Assembly: GCA_963827235.1 (NCBI GenBank)
Contig: CAWHAE010000019.1
Span: 32,001-96,000, forward strand
Direction of reading: 5' to 3'
DNA: 64,000 bases
From: an uncultured bacterium
GTDB taxonomy: Bacteria > Chloroflexota > UBA5177 > JANWHV01
The notes beneath the pieces were generated by a model. The model was not told the DNA's origin, made no database searches, and saw only the letters and a program-made list of their open reading frames with translations. Each line of letters begins with the position of its first letter. Position 1 is the stretch's first letter. The translations under genes and the position numbers were made by a program. This document shows, one piece after another, positions 8,448-18,495 of the stretch.

Positions 8448-10751
8448 ATGAGAGCACGGCAAGCTACGCGAGGGAAGCAGCTGATCGTCGCGGCAGCGAT
8501 CACCACGCTGAGTATCACCGCACTCCTCATCATCTGGTTGGTGCTGAAGCCGGGTCCGCGCGGGAGGACCGAGGCTATCGCGAACTGGATCGAACTGGCT
8601 GGCTCGCTTGCGACGTTGGCTTTCGTCGCATGGGGCACACGTGGCCTCTGGTGTGTACGGTCGGCGGGCGGCCGAGCTTGGGCGCCACTGTGCCTGACTC
8701 TCTACCTGGGACTCTACACACTCGGGCAGGTGCTCTATACCGTCTATGCTCAGATCCTGCATGAGACTCCCTTTCCCTCCTTGGCCGATGCGGCCTACCT
8801 GGCGGACTATCCCTTCTTCCTGGCAGGAGTGATCCTGCTGCCCGCCCGTCCGCTCTCGCGCACTGCACGGTGGCGATTGCTGTTCGACGGCGTGCTGGTA
8901 ATGGTCGCCCTGACCACATTCAGTTGGTATTTCATCCTCGGCCCGACTGTCCTTGGGAGCGCAGGGGGCTGGCTCGCAAGCGTTGTGGGCACAGCGTATC
9001 CACTGGGCGACCTGGTCGAGGCCGCGTGCCTGTTCCTGCTGGCGGCGCGCCCAATCGTCCCCGCCCTGCGTCCGACCGTCCTCCTGCTGGCTGGCGGCAC
9101 GTCCTTCTCGATCCTGTGCGACAGCATCTTCGATGTGCAGAGCCTGAAAGGCACCTATGTGGTCGGCACGCCGATCGAAGCCGGCTGGACACTGGCCGGA
9201 GCCCTGATCGGCCTTGCGACCCTGGCCGCCTGCCGGTTTCCGGAAGCTGCGGGACACGTCGCGGAACCGGTCCATTCTCCCGAACTGCCTGCTCTGTGGA
9301 AAGCGTTCACACCCGCCGCCGTGGTCCCCGCCGTCGGCGTATTGCTGTGGCGTGTGCAGACGCGGGGCGACAGCGCTCTGCGCCCCGGCCTGTATTTGTG
9401 CGCGTCCACTCTGGCGATCGTCGTCCTGCTGCGCCAGATCCTGGCTACCCGAGAGACGGCTGTCCAGGTCGCACAAACCGAACGATTGAACCGCGCCCTC
9501 GCAGAAGCAAATGCACGTCTGGCGGCGCGCCAGCAGCGGCTGTCCGCGCTGCAGACGTTTTCTGCCGCTCTTGCCTCAACGGTCACGCCAGGTGAGATGG
9601 GCGAGCTGGTGATGAGCAGCGGAGCGTTGCTCCTCGAGGCCCCGCTCTGCAGGATCCGGCTGTTGTCCGAGGATGGCACGTGGCTCGACCAGGTTGCCGC
9701 CGCCGGAGAGGGTGGCGGTCTTTTCCCTGTTCGCAGACCCAGCACCGAAGAGTCACCGCCCGCGGAAGCAGCCCGGACGCAGCAACCAGTCTGGCTCGAG
9801 TCCGCGGCGGATATGGTTGCCAGATTTCCCTCGTTTGCCCCGCCACTGGTGGCGAGCGGATACCGGAGTTGTGCGGCCCTTCCTCTGCTCATCGAAGGTC
9901 GCACAGTCGGCACGTTGGCACTCCTGTTCACTGACACGCGGGGGTTTGGGCTTGAAGACCGCGAATTCCTGGCTGCTGTGGCCGGGCTGATCGCGCATGC
10001 CCTGGACCGCGCCAGGCTCTATGTGCGCGAACAAGCGCGAGCCCGAGGGGCGGAGGATCTGGCGCGCATGCGCGGGGACTTCGTGGCCTCCGTGAGTCAT
10101 GAGCTGCGCACGCCTTTGACGGCGATCTTAGGCTACGGTGAACTGCTCGAATCGCGCTGGCGCATGCTGGATGACGCGGCACGACTGGAGCACGTGCGGC
10201 GCATGGTGTGGTCGGCGAACCGGCAAATGCGCTTGGTCCAGGACTTGCTGCTGGTTGGTCGCCTTGAACAGCGTGCGGTCAGTCTGGAGTGCAAGCCGAC
10301 CGATCTCGCTACGCAGGTCCTGCAGGCGGTCAAGGAGGTACAGGGTAGCTATCGCGGCCAACAGATCCTGATCAGCGGCGATGACGCGGTTCAAGTGTTC
10401 GCGGACGCGGCTCGGGTGACCCAGATTCTCGTGAATCTGCTTGACAATGCCGCCAAGTACTCTCCTGAGGGCAGTCCAATCGACGTTCGCTGGGACACCG
10501 AGGTGACTGACGTGCGGATATGCGTGCAGGACCGCGGAACTGGCATCTCGCCGGAGGGACAGAAACGACTGTTCACGCGGTTTGGCCGGATTCCCGGCAG
10601 CCCCATTCGTGCGGGCCGGATGGGGACCGGGCTCGGGCTGTTCCTGGGCCGTGAGCTGGCCCGAGCGATGGCGGGTGACCTTGTTCTTGAGACTACCGGT
10701 CCGCAGGGAAGTACGTTTTCCTTGCGACTGCCTATCCCCGAGTCTGCATGA
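8448..10751 (+). CDS. Sensor histidine kinase (multi-TM sensor, GAF, HisKA, HATPase_c)
   Basis: About 9 hydrophobic segments with FPSLADAAYL and AYPLGDL; GAF; SHELRTPLT; NLLDNAAKYS. GGGAGAG precedes ATG 8448. Confidence 0.93.
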   Translation: MRARQATRGKQLIVAAAITTLSITALLIIWLVLKPGPRGRTEAIANWIELAGSLATLAFVAWGTRGLWCVRSAGGRAWAPLCLTLYLGLYTLGQVLYTVYAQILHETPFPSLADAAYLADYPFFLAGVILLPARPLSRTARWRLLFDGVLVMVALTTFSWYFILGPTVLGSAGGWLASVVGTAYPLGDLVEAACLFLLAARPIVPALRPTVLLLAGGTSFSILCDSIFDVQSLKGTYVVGTPIEAGWTLAGALIGLATLAACRFPEAAGHVAEPVHSPELPALWKAFTPAAVVPAVGVLLWRVQTRGDSALRPGLYLCASTLAIVVLLRQILATRETAVQVAQTERLNRALAEANARLAARQQRLSALQTFSAALASTVTPGEMGELVMSSGALLLEAPLCRIRLLSEDGTWLDQVAAAGEGGGLFPVRRPSTEESPPAEAARTQQPVWLESAADMVARFPSFAPPLVASGYRSCAALPLLIEGRTVGTLALLFTDTRGFGLEDREFLAAVAGLIAHALDRARLYVREQARARGAEDLARMRGDFVASVSHELRTPLTAILGYGELLESRWRMLDDAARLEHVRRMVWSANRQMRLVQDLLLVGRLEQRAVSLECKPTDLATQVLQAVKEVQGSYRGQQILISGDDAVQVFADAARVTQILVNLLDNAAKYSPEGSPIDVRWDTEVTDVRICVQDRGTGISPEGQKRLFTRFGRIPGSPIRAGRMGTGLGLFLGRELARAMAGDLVLETTGPQGSTFSLRLPIPESA

Positions 10752-10974
10752 TCGCTGGGCTCGCACGCTCCCCGCGCGCCGACCGAGTGACTCAGTGCCA
10801 AGCGGCTGGGCGGTGGCGGGCACATCTACGGCGGCCGTCACAACCGGGGCTCAATCTCTTGCAGACTGCAGTGCAAGAGCTTGGAGAGACCCGGCTACCG
10901 CACCCAACTGGGTTCTAGAAGGTGCCGCGAAAACGTGCAAGAATGGCATTAACCCTGCTTAAAGGAAATATCTG

Positions 10975-13443
10975 GTGCAAGGTCCGAATCCAAACGGCAG
11001 CGTCAACGGCGAGCTGCCGCCAACGCGACACAACGCGTGGCCCGCAATTGGGCTCGCCTTGCTCGCGAGCGCGACCTTCCTGGGTTTCTTGCTTGCGAGG
11101 CCGAGGGACTCGGCGTTCGTCACCGCCGGAGACGACCTCGGCACCATCGCCTGCGAACTCATCGGCCTCCTCTGTTGCGCTATTGGCCTGCATCGCGCTT
11201 CTATCAGTGGTGCTCGGCCCGGCGTTGGTCACACATGGCGTCGGTCTCGGCGGTGGGGGCTCATCCTGATCACCTGCGGCCTGGCCGCCACCACTCTTGG
11301 CGACAGCGTTTGGGCGGCCGATGAAGTAGGTTTGGGCCGCACAGTCTCGTCTCCCTCCTGGGTGGACGGTATCTATCTGGCGTCGTACCCGTTCTTGCTC
11401 GTGGGTATCCTCCTGCTTGCCCGCCGGCGGGCCTCGCACTTCAGCAAGCCCCGCGTCGCCATCGACGCGTGCATGGGGATCACGACCGCGATCACCCTCA
11501 GCTGGTATTTCGTTCTTGGACCGACCCTATTCCAGGGTGCGGGCTCCATGGCCGGCACGCTGGTGAACACAGCGTATCCGGTCGGCGATCTCCTCCTGGT
11601 CTGTTGCCTGCTTATGCTCGGGCTCACGCACACCGCCGATGTGTCGCGTCTGGTGACCGGCGCGCTCTCACTTGGGCTGAGCGCCTGGCTGGTGTCCGAC
11701 TGTTTGTATGATTACCTGTCCCTGCACGGCACCTATGCCACGGGCGACCTGCTGGATGTGGGCTGGGTGCTGGGTCCATTGCTCATTGGGCTGGGCGTTC
11801 TGTGGGCCGGGTCGGAGTCGCCCGCTTCCGGGGGGATCGCCGTCCCCCCGGAAGCGGACGAACACCCGACTCGGTGGTGGCAGGCTGTCATCTTCTCGGT
11901 CTCGCTACCCCTGATCGTCGCCTTCCAGATCGTGGTCAGCCACCTGGACGGCCCTACGAACCTCGAGACCGGCGTACAGGTCGGTACCATGATGGTCATC
12001 GCCCTGGTGGTGCTTCGTCAAACCCTGGCCGCGCTGGAGATTGCCCATCACGCGCGAACCTTGGAGCGGCTCGCCCGAACCGACGCACTCACCGGTTTGC
12101 CCAATCGCACGGCTTTGCAGACCCGACTGGCGCGGGCCGTGCGTGAGAGTCAGCTCAGTCGTCGTCCCGTCGCCCTCTTGCTGCTGGACATCGACAACTT
12201 CAAGGACATCAACGAAACCTGTGGTCATTACGCCGGTGACCAGCTCCTGCGCCATCTGGTGCCGCGTCTTCAGTCAGACCTGCGGCCCAGTGATCTGCTG
12301 ACTCGGCTGGGCGGAGACGAATTTGCAGCGGTAGTGCCCGGCACTTCCGTAACCGGCGCGGTCGCGGTGTCCCGCGCTCTTCTCCACGCCCTGGAGGCTC
12401 CTTTCGTGATAGACGGGCAGTCAATCGGGCTCACTGCCAGCATTGGCGCCGCCCTCGCACCCGAGCATGGTACCGACGTGGAAACGCTGCTGCAGCATGC
12501 GGACGTTGCGATGTATGTGGCCAAACGTGGCGCGCTCGGATGCGCGGTCTACGACCCACTCCTGGATACCCATAGCGCCACCGTGCTGGCGCTCACGGCC
12601 GACCTTCAGCGCGCCATTGCCGAGGAGCAGCTGGTGCTCCACTACCAGCCCCAGCTACTCCTCCAAACCGATCATGTCTACGGTGTTGAAGCGCTCGTGC
12701 GCTGGGCCCATCCAGCGCAGGGCCTGCTCCCGCCCGACCGGTTCATCCCCCTTGCGGAACGGACAGGCGCCATCATCCCGCTAACAGCCTGGGTGATCGA
12801 CAGCGCACTCGGCCAGTGCAGAGCTTGGCTCGATGCCGGCATCGATCTGGCGGTCTCCGTAAACATCTCACTGCGTAGCCTGCACGATCCGGGACTCTGC
12901 CGCACGCTTGAGGCTGCACTTGACCGCTATGCGCTAGCGCCTGACCGCATCTGCCTGGAGCTGACCGAGAGCATGCTCATGTCCGATGTCACGACTGCAA
13001 AGCTGGCGTTGCAGCAGCTGGCCACCCTGGGCATCCGGCTCTCTATCGATGACTTCGGTACCGGCTATTCCAGCCTCGCCTACATCGCGCACCTTCCGGT
13101 CACCGAGGTCAAGGTTGACCGGTCGTTTGTGCGGCGCATGACGACCGACGAGCCCGATGCCATCGTAGTTGCTTCGACTCTTGGTCTGGCTCGCTCCTTG
13201 GGTCTCAGATGCGTTGTCGAAGGTGTCGAGGACGCCGAAACCTGCAAGCTGCTCCGAAGCTGGCATGTGGATGCAGTTCAGGGCTACCATTTCTCCCGAC
13301 CACTGCCAGCCGGCGCTCTGGCATCCTGGCTGTATAGCCGGCCACCAGAGCCGCAGTGCACGCGGCTAGGCGTGGCACCACGATGTTCGGAGAGCACATT
13401 GCACGCCGAACCTGCACAGCTCAGCGCAGCCGGATTGCCCTAG
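10975..13443 (+). CDS. Membrane diguanylate cyclase/phosphodiesterase (GGDEF-EAL)
   Basis: DALTGLPNR, RPSD I-site, RLGGDEF, VEALVRW, DDFGTGYSSL and EGVE are all intact; AAAGGA RBS. Confidence 0.95.
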   Translation: MQGPNPNGSVNGELPPTRHNAWPAIGLALLASATFLGFLLARPRDSAFVTAGDDLGTIACELIGLLCCAIGLHRASISGARPGVGHTWRRSRRWGLILITCGLAATTLGDSVWAADEVGLGRTVSSPSWVDGIYLASYPFLLVGILLLARRRASHFSKPRVAIDACMGITTAITLSWYFVLGPTLFQGAGSMAGTLVNTAYPVGDLLLVCCLLMLGLTHTADVSRLVTGALSLGLSAWLVSDCLYDYLSLHGTYATGDLLDVGWVLGPLLIGLGVLWAGSESPASGGIAVPPEADEHPTRWWQAVIFSVSLPLIVAFQIVVSHLDGPTNLETGVQVGTMMVIALVVLRQTLAALEIAHHARTLERLARTDALTGLPNRTALQTRLARAVRESQLSRRPVALLLLDIDNFKDINETCGHYAGDQLLRHLVPRLQSDLRPSDLLTRLGGDEFAAVVPGTSVTGAVAVSRALLHALEAPFVIDGQSIGLTASIGAALAPEHGTDVETLLQHADVAMYVAKRGALGCAVYDPLLDTHSATVLALTADLQRAIAEEQLVLHYQPQLLLQTDHVYGVEALVRWAHPAQGLLPPDRFIPLAERTGAIIPLTAWVIDSALGQCRAWLDAGIDLAVSVNISLRSLHDPGLCRTLEAALDRYALAPDRICLELTESMLMSDVTTAKLALQQLATLGIRLSIDDFGTGYSSLAYIAHLPVTEVKVDRSFVRRMTTDEPDAIVVASTLGLARSLGLRCVVEGVEDAETCKLLRSWHVDAVQGYHFSRPLPAGALASWLYSRPPEPQCTRLGVAPRCSESTLHAEPAQLSAAGLP

Positions 13444-13563
13444 CACGTACCGGGCGGCGGCCTCGTCGAGGCCAGCTGCAGATGTCGCGGGAGCACTCAG
13501 AGTCCGCACTCACTGAGGATTTGTGGCACCAGGAAGGTCCGGCTCAGCACGGCGTTCAGGGTG

Positions 13564-14973
13564 CTACCGGTTGCCGATTGCATCACCGCGCAGGTGCATG
13601 GCCCGGGTCTCCTCGGCCGTGGTGACCGGGAGCCGCAGCCGGAACACACTTCCCTGCGTGCCCGTAGCAGCTAGCTCGAGGTCACCGCCCATCGCTTGCG
13701 CCAAGCTCCGGCTGACGTAGAGACCAAGGCCGGTCGCGGCATGGCCCGGACGGATGTGGCTTCCCCGAACGCGACCGAACCGGGTGAAGAGCAGTTCTCT
13801 CCCGCTTTCGGCAATGCCATCGCCCTGGTCGCGCACGTCGAGCACGACCTGTGAACCGTCCAGGACCCAGCTGACGGAGATCGAGCTGCCCTCCGGTGAG
13901 TACTTCGCGGCGTTGTCCAGCAGGTTGGACAACACCTGAGCCACGCGTGCGGCGTCCCCCCACACCCAGAGGCTTGACGGGCCCTCGCAGACGACTCGTT
14001 GCCCCGGGTAGCTGGCCTGCAGCTCTGCCGCAGCTTGCCGCACGAGTGGGGGTAGGGCGGTCGATGTGAACCGCATCTCCAGGCTCGCTGCTTCCAGCCG
14101 GCTGACCAGTAGCAGGTCCTCCACGAGCCGCTCCTCGCGACGGGCAGCCACCAGAATCTGGTCGACGCGCGCCAGGCGACGCGCATCACTGAACTCCTCC
14201 CAGTGCGACTGCAAGAGTTCGCCGAACCCGATGATGGCGGTGAGGGGCGCTCGCAATTCGTGGCTCACCCTGGCCACGAAGTCACTACGCTGGCGGGCGA
14301 GTGTCAGGAGCGCATCTTCCGCCGCGATACGCCCCGTGATGTCACGGCTGTTGATGACAACGCCACGCACTGCCGGCTCATCCAGCTGGTTCTGCATGAT
14401 CGCCTCGAAGGTGTGGTAGGTTCCGTCCGCGTGCAGTAGCCGGCTGACCAAGCGCTGTGTCCTGGCCGTGGCCACCACCTCCGCCAGCGTGGCACGCGCT
14501 CGCGGCACACTCTCCCGATCCATGAACTCGAAGCTCGTATGGCCCACGACGGCAGCCGGCTCGACGCCGAGCACAGCACGTTGCGACACACTGGCGTAGC
14601 GTATAGTGCCGTCCACATCCAGAATGCGTGTCACGTCGCCGGAAATCTCTGTCAGCGCGCGGTATCGCGCTTCACTCTCGGCCAACTGCTCTTCAGCTCG
14701 TTCGCGTCCCCAGACCGTACCATCGCTGAGCGGGGCGGTCAGGTCAGCGCCGGAAATGCATGCTCGCGTGGCCAGCTCGCCATGCTGGGCAGCACCTCCA
14801 TGCGACTGCCGCCGGGGCCCACTGCGGTGGGCAACGCGCCGGTCGGCGCGACCGGCTTTAGCGCCGCGGTGTGAACGTGCGACCATAATACACTTCCATG
14901 TTCGTAGCGGCCCAGGCGACCACGCAAGAACCGACGGCGGATCTCCGTGCGCAGCGTAGCACCGGATCGCCAC
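13564..14973 (-). CDS. PAS sensor histidine kinase; 5' region probably eroded, true start uncertain
   Basis: ESEARYRAL-PAS, SHELRAPLT, NLLDNAAKYS, ATGLGL. The first ~85 aa look non-protein-like and a mobile remnant lies just upstream. Confidence 0.8.
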   Translation of the reverse strand: MAIRCYAAHGDPPSVLAWSPGPLRTWKCIMVARSHRGAKAGRADRRVAHRSGPRRQSHGGAAQHGELATRACISGADLTAPLSDGTVWGRERAEEQLAESEARYRALTEISGDVTRILDVDGTIRYASVSQRAVLGVEPAAVVGHTSFEFMDRESVPRARATLAEVVATARTQRLVSRLLHADGTYHTFEAIMQNQLDEPAVRGVVINSRDITGRIAAEDALLTLARQRSDFVARVSHELRAPLTAIIGFGELLQSHWEEFSDARRLARVDQILVAARREERLVEDLLLVSRLEAASLEMRFTSTALPPLVRQAAAELQASYPGQRVVCEGPSSLWVWGDAARVAQVLSNLLDNAAKYSPEGSSISVSWVLDGSQVVLDVRDQGDGIAESGRELLFTRFGRVRGSHIRPGHAATGLGLYVSRSLAQAMGGDLELAATGTQGSVFRLRLPVTTAEETRAMHLRGDAIGNR

Positions 14974-15324
14974 CGCGCCAATTCCCCATTCCGGCCATCA
15001 GTACACCAGCAGTACCGTCGTCCGCTTCACGCGGTGACCGGATCAGTGCCTCGAACTCAGCAGCACGGCGGCACTCGGCGGCAAGCTACGTCTGCACGAG
15101 TAACGTAGCATACGCCGAGCTGGCGCGAATCGGGTCCACGCGCGGCTGTCGAAATGCGTGCAAATGCTCCTCGGCGGGCTCATCCGTAGGCTGTGGCGGC
15201 GCTGGATGTTATCGGTTTCGACGCTGAACCTGGTTCGCCAAGTCGGTACCGGCGGCGGAATGCTCATCAGCGAGAGTAACTCCTCGGCCACGATGCCCCC
15301 AACCGGCTACTGGCGGTACTGCTC

Positions 15325-15990
15325 CGCACCGCCATCCGTGCCGTCAAGCCGGCCGACGTGGCCACCTTCCTCGGGCACAAGCTCGCGGCGAGCTTTCAGG
15401 ATGAACTGGGCAACGACTTCCACACGCGCATCGAAGGCACCCGTATCAAGCACCACATGGGACCGGTGGCCATCAAGCTCTATGACCAGGGCCTGGTGGA
15501 ACATCGCGGCGGCACGCGCGAGATGAAGCTCGCGCCCATGCAGAAGACCATCTATAGCCTGGCCCCGCTGCGAGAACTCCTGCTGGCCGCCAATCGGCGC
15601 TACCTGGCCTTCCTCTCTGACTTGCGCGGCCCCTCGGCCGGCGTGAGCCAGGTGGAGCGACTGGCCGCGCCCGTGCGCCAGGACGACCGAACCTATCGCG
15701 GCTTCAACCTGTTCGGCGCCGACGACCTGTCCCTCTTCTTGGCCCTGACCCGCGGCGAGTGGCACATCGGCGGCTTCCGCAACGCGAGCCTGCGCCGCGT
15801 CCTGCCGCGCCAGTCTGGCCTGCAGATCTCCCGCCTGCTCAAGCGCCTGCATACCCACGGCCCGATCCGCATGGTCGGCCACACCTACAAGTACTACCTG
15901 ACCCGCGCCGGCCAGCAGGTCGTGCTGACCGCCCTGAAACTGCGTGAGCTGCTGGTCATCCCCACTCTGGCTGCCGGCTGGACTTCTGCG
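15325..15990 (+). mobile_element. Truncated, internally deleted transposase-like gene remnant with C-terminal wHTH
   Basis: RTAIRAVKPADVATFLG...TRIEGTRIKHHMGPVAIKLYD...ANRRYL...RGEWHIGGFRN...ISRLLKRL.THG.I..VGHTYKYYLT matches, from memory, a multicopy putative-transposase family often mislabelled 'MarR'. N-terminus is absent and codon usage is strongly GC3-biased. Confidence 0.6.
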
Positions 15991-16076
15991 CATCTTGCGA
16001 TCGACTTCATTGGAAAGAGACTAAACGCGGTCGTCGCACTGGCACGCAGCACGGGCGCTCGTCGCCAGTGCTTCGA

Positions 16077-17414
16077 TCATCTCACTGCAGTCTTCGCGCG
16101 CGTCCAGGATGTCCCGGCCGGCGTGTCTGCGATCACATAGCCAAGTTCCTCGAGCTTCTCGCGCACTCGATCGGACTCGGCCCACCGGCGACTGTCCCGG
16201 ACCACAGCACGCGTCGAGACCAGCAGATCCACCAGCACCTGGCATTCCTGCCGCACGTTCTCGAGACGGTCCATGGCTTCAAGGACCTGAACCAATCCTG
16301 GGAGCAATCCCTGCAGTGCCTTCACCGCCAGCGCAGCCCGGCCCGGCGATGATTGTCCAAGTCCCGAGCCAGCCTGCACACTCAGCGCAATCAGGCCGTC
16401 CGCGGCGTCACGGATGTCGCGCCGGTTGAGGGCTTGCTCGACGCGCGTGCGCGCGGCGAGAATATCGGCATCCTGCACGCCGTCGGCGGTCTCGCGTGGC
16501 GGGCCAGTCACCGCCGGGCGGCTCACCGGCCCCGACGTTGCATGCAGGCACGTGTGGCGCAGACTCAGGTGATCACCGCGCGTGAAAACGGACTGGAGAC
16601 CCCCGCTGCGCTGCGTGATACTGCCCAGTCCAAGCACATCGGCATCGAGATCAGGCCGTATGAACAGCCCAGTGTGGTCGTCCAGTCCAACCACGAGCGC
16701 GTCGGTAGGAAGCTGGTGTTCCAGCGTCTCGAATCGCGTCTGTCCCATATAGCAGTAGCGTGTGTCATAGTCACCGCTGGCATTATTCCAGTGTGGCACC
16801 ACCGCGAGTTGAGGGCTCGTTGCAGCCAGCAAGTCCAACCCTGCAATCCATGCCGGGTCATCCCCTGCTTTGTAGATCTCATAGACGGGTATCGCCCAGG
16901 TTCCCACGCTGAGCGCTGCCGCGCTCGCGAACACCAACAGCGCTCCTGCCCGCCAGCGGGCGACCATCGCCTGCCAGGCCGGGCTCTCGCGCCACACGCG
17001 GATGGCGTAGCTCGGACTCCCGGGGCCGGCCAGAATGTAATTGGCCTGGCCGATCGCGCGCAGCGCAGCGCTCACCTCCTGGGCGCTTTCGCGACCGGTA
17101 CGGTAGCGCGCAACATCCAGTCGTAGCCCAAAGTGGCGCCGAAAATACTCGACCGCCTTGCGGTCAAGGGCATCAATGTTCGACTCGAAGCCGGCCGGCG
17201 TATCGAGGAACACCGGCCGGACCGGACCCTCGAGCCGCGCCATGATCGCTCGGTGCGTTTCGGCCATTGCGTCCGCCAGCTCACCGGAGCCAATCAGGGC
17301 GATGCTGCCGGGACCCCGGGCGTGCCGTGTTCCCGCGGCCACCGGACCGAGAATGAAGTCCCGCGCGCCTCCACCGGCCTCGACTGTGACATTGTACCGA
17401 GGATTCTTGGTCAC
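16077..17414 (-). CDS. Peptidase S51/cyanophycinase-like (class I GATase fold) protein fused to a CysRS-like C-terminal anticodon-binding domain
   Basis: IALIGSGE, LDTPAGF, AGPGSP, FASAAA (Ser elbow), VVPHWNN, GLDDHTG; C-terminus R..RRWAESDRVREKLEELGYVIADTPAGTSW. Confidence 0.8.
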   Translation of the reverse strand: MTKNPRYNVTVEAGGGARDFILGPVAAGTRHARGPGSIALIGSGELADAMAETHRAIMARLEGPVRPVFLDTPAGFESNIDALDRKAVEYFRRHFGLRLDVARYRTGRESAQEVSAALRAIGQANYILAGPGSPSYAIRVWRESPAWQAMVARWRAGALLVFASAAALSVGTWAIPVYEIYKAGDDPAWIAGLDLLAATSPQLAVVPHWNNASGDYDTRYCYMGQTRFETLEHQLPTDALVVGLDDHTGLFIRPDLDADVLGLGSITQRSGGLQSVFTRGDHLSLRHTCLHATSGPVSRPAVTGPPRETADGVQDADILAARTRVEQALNRRDIRDAADGLIALSVQAGSGLGQSSPGRAALAVKALQGLLPGLVQVLEAMDRLENVRQECQVLVDLLVSTRAVVRDSRRWAESDRVREKLEELGYVIADTPAGTSWTRAKTAVR

Positions 17415-17507
17415 GACTCACTTGTCCTTCTGCAACCCCGGTCCGCCCCGACGCAGACATGGCCGTGCCGTCGCATAGCAACGGCACGGCTACCTGCTGA
17501 CGGCTTC

Positions 17508-18227
17508 CTACATGCTGCTCGACATCGGGTCGTCGTCGAGCACGACCGCCGAGAGCTTCTCCGCGCCCATGCCCTTGAGCAGCCCAACGGCGACCACGGT
17601 GTAGTCATGGTCGGCCTTGAACTGCACCCCGCTCACCATCAGCACGGTGGTGGTGTCGGCACCGGCAGGGTGGACCAGCAGCGTGTAGGTGCCGGTCGGC
17701 ACCGTTACCGGAGCCATGGCGCGATTGGGGAAGGAGACGTCTTTGAAGATAAGCCCCGCCCCCTTTGCCTCTATGTCAACAGCCGGTGCGTTGGGTGCGA
17801 GGTGGATGAACCGCACCGTGGCCTTCGCGCTGTTCATGCCTGCCGGGAGGCTGAACACCTTTGCCGAGATCGACTTCAGCTGTCCGACCGCCGCCACGGT
17901 GTAGTAGATGTTCGCCTTGAATGGTACGGTGACATTGATCACACCGCCCATGGCGCTATAGGCGGCACCGGCCGGAAAGACTTGCAGATGATGCGAGCCG
18001 GCCGGGACCGAGAGGAACGGCGTGACCTTGGGGAAGGACAGGCTCCGCACCGCCTTGGCCCCGTCGACGAAGACCTCGACGGCCGGAGCATCCGGGCTGG
18101 CATGGAGGACGCGGACGTAGGCGTTGGCCGCCGCCTGGATAGGCTGGGTGAGGCTAAACGGTGCAACCAGGGCACCGAATACACCCAAGGCCAGTGCGCC
18201 GCGACGGATTGAGATGGATATCGACAT
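17508..18227 (-). CDS. Secreted DUF4397 domain protein (two repeats)
   Basis: Signal peptide; VRVLHASPDAPAVEV and VRFIHLAPNAPAVDI repeats; AGGAG RBS. Confidence 0.88.
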   Translation of the reverse strand: MSISISIRRGALALGVFGALVAPFSLTQPIQAAANAYVRVLHASPDAPAVEVFVDGAKAVRSLSFPKVTPFLSVPAGSHHLQVFPAGAAYSAMGGVINVTVPFKANIYYTVAAVGQLKSISAKVFSLPAGMNSAKATVRFIHLAPNAPAVDIEAKGAGLIFKDVSFPNRAMAPVTVPTGTYTLLVHPAGADTTTVLMVSGVQFKADHDYTVVAVGLLKGMGAEKLSAVVLDDDPMSSSM

Positions 18228-18495
18228 TTGTGTAGCTCCTTCGACGTGCAAATGATTCGTGAAACGGGCCGATAGCGAGAGGCTTGACATGCAAGCGGTA
18301 GGTGGCGCGCGTACAGTCAGAGCGGCGAAGCGATGGATGGGGGCAACGACACCCCCGAGCGTCGAGCACTGAACGCATTTGCCGCTTCAGCTCGGGGCGC
18401 AGAGCTATTGCTTCACCGGTATTGATTGTCTGGATCTCTCCTTTCACCAGAATTGGCACGCGGTACAGCAAGATGCGGGTGGGCGACGCGGAGCG

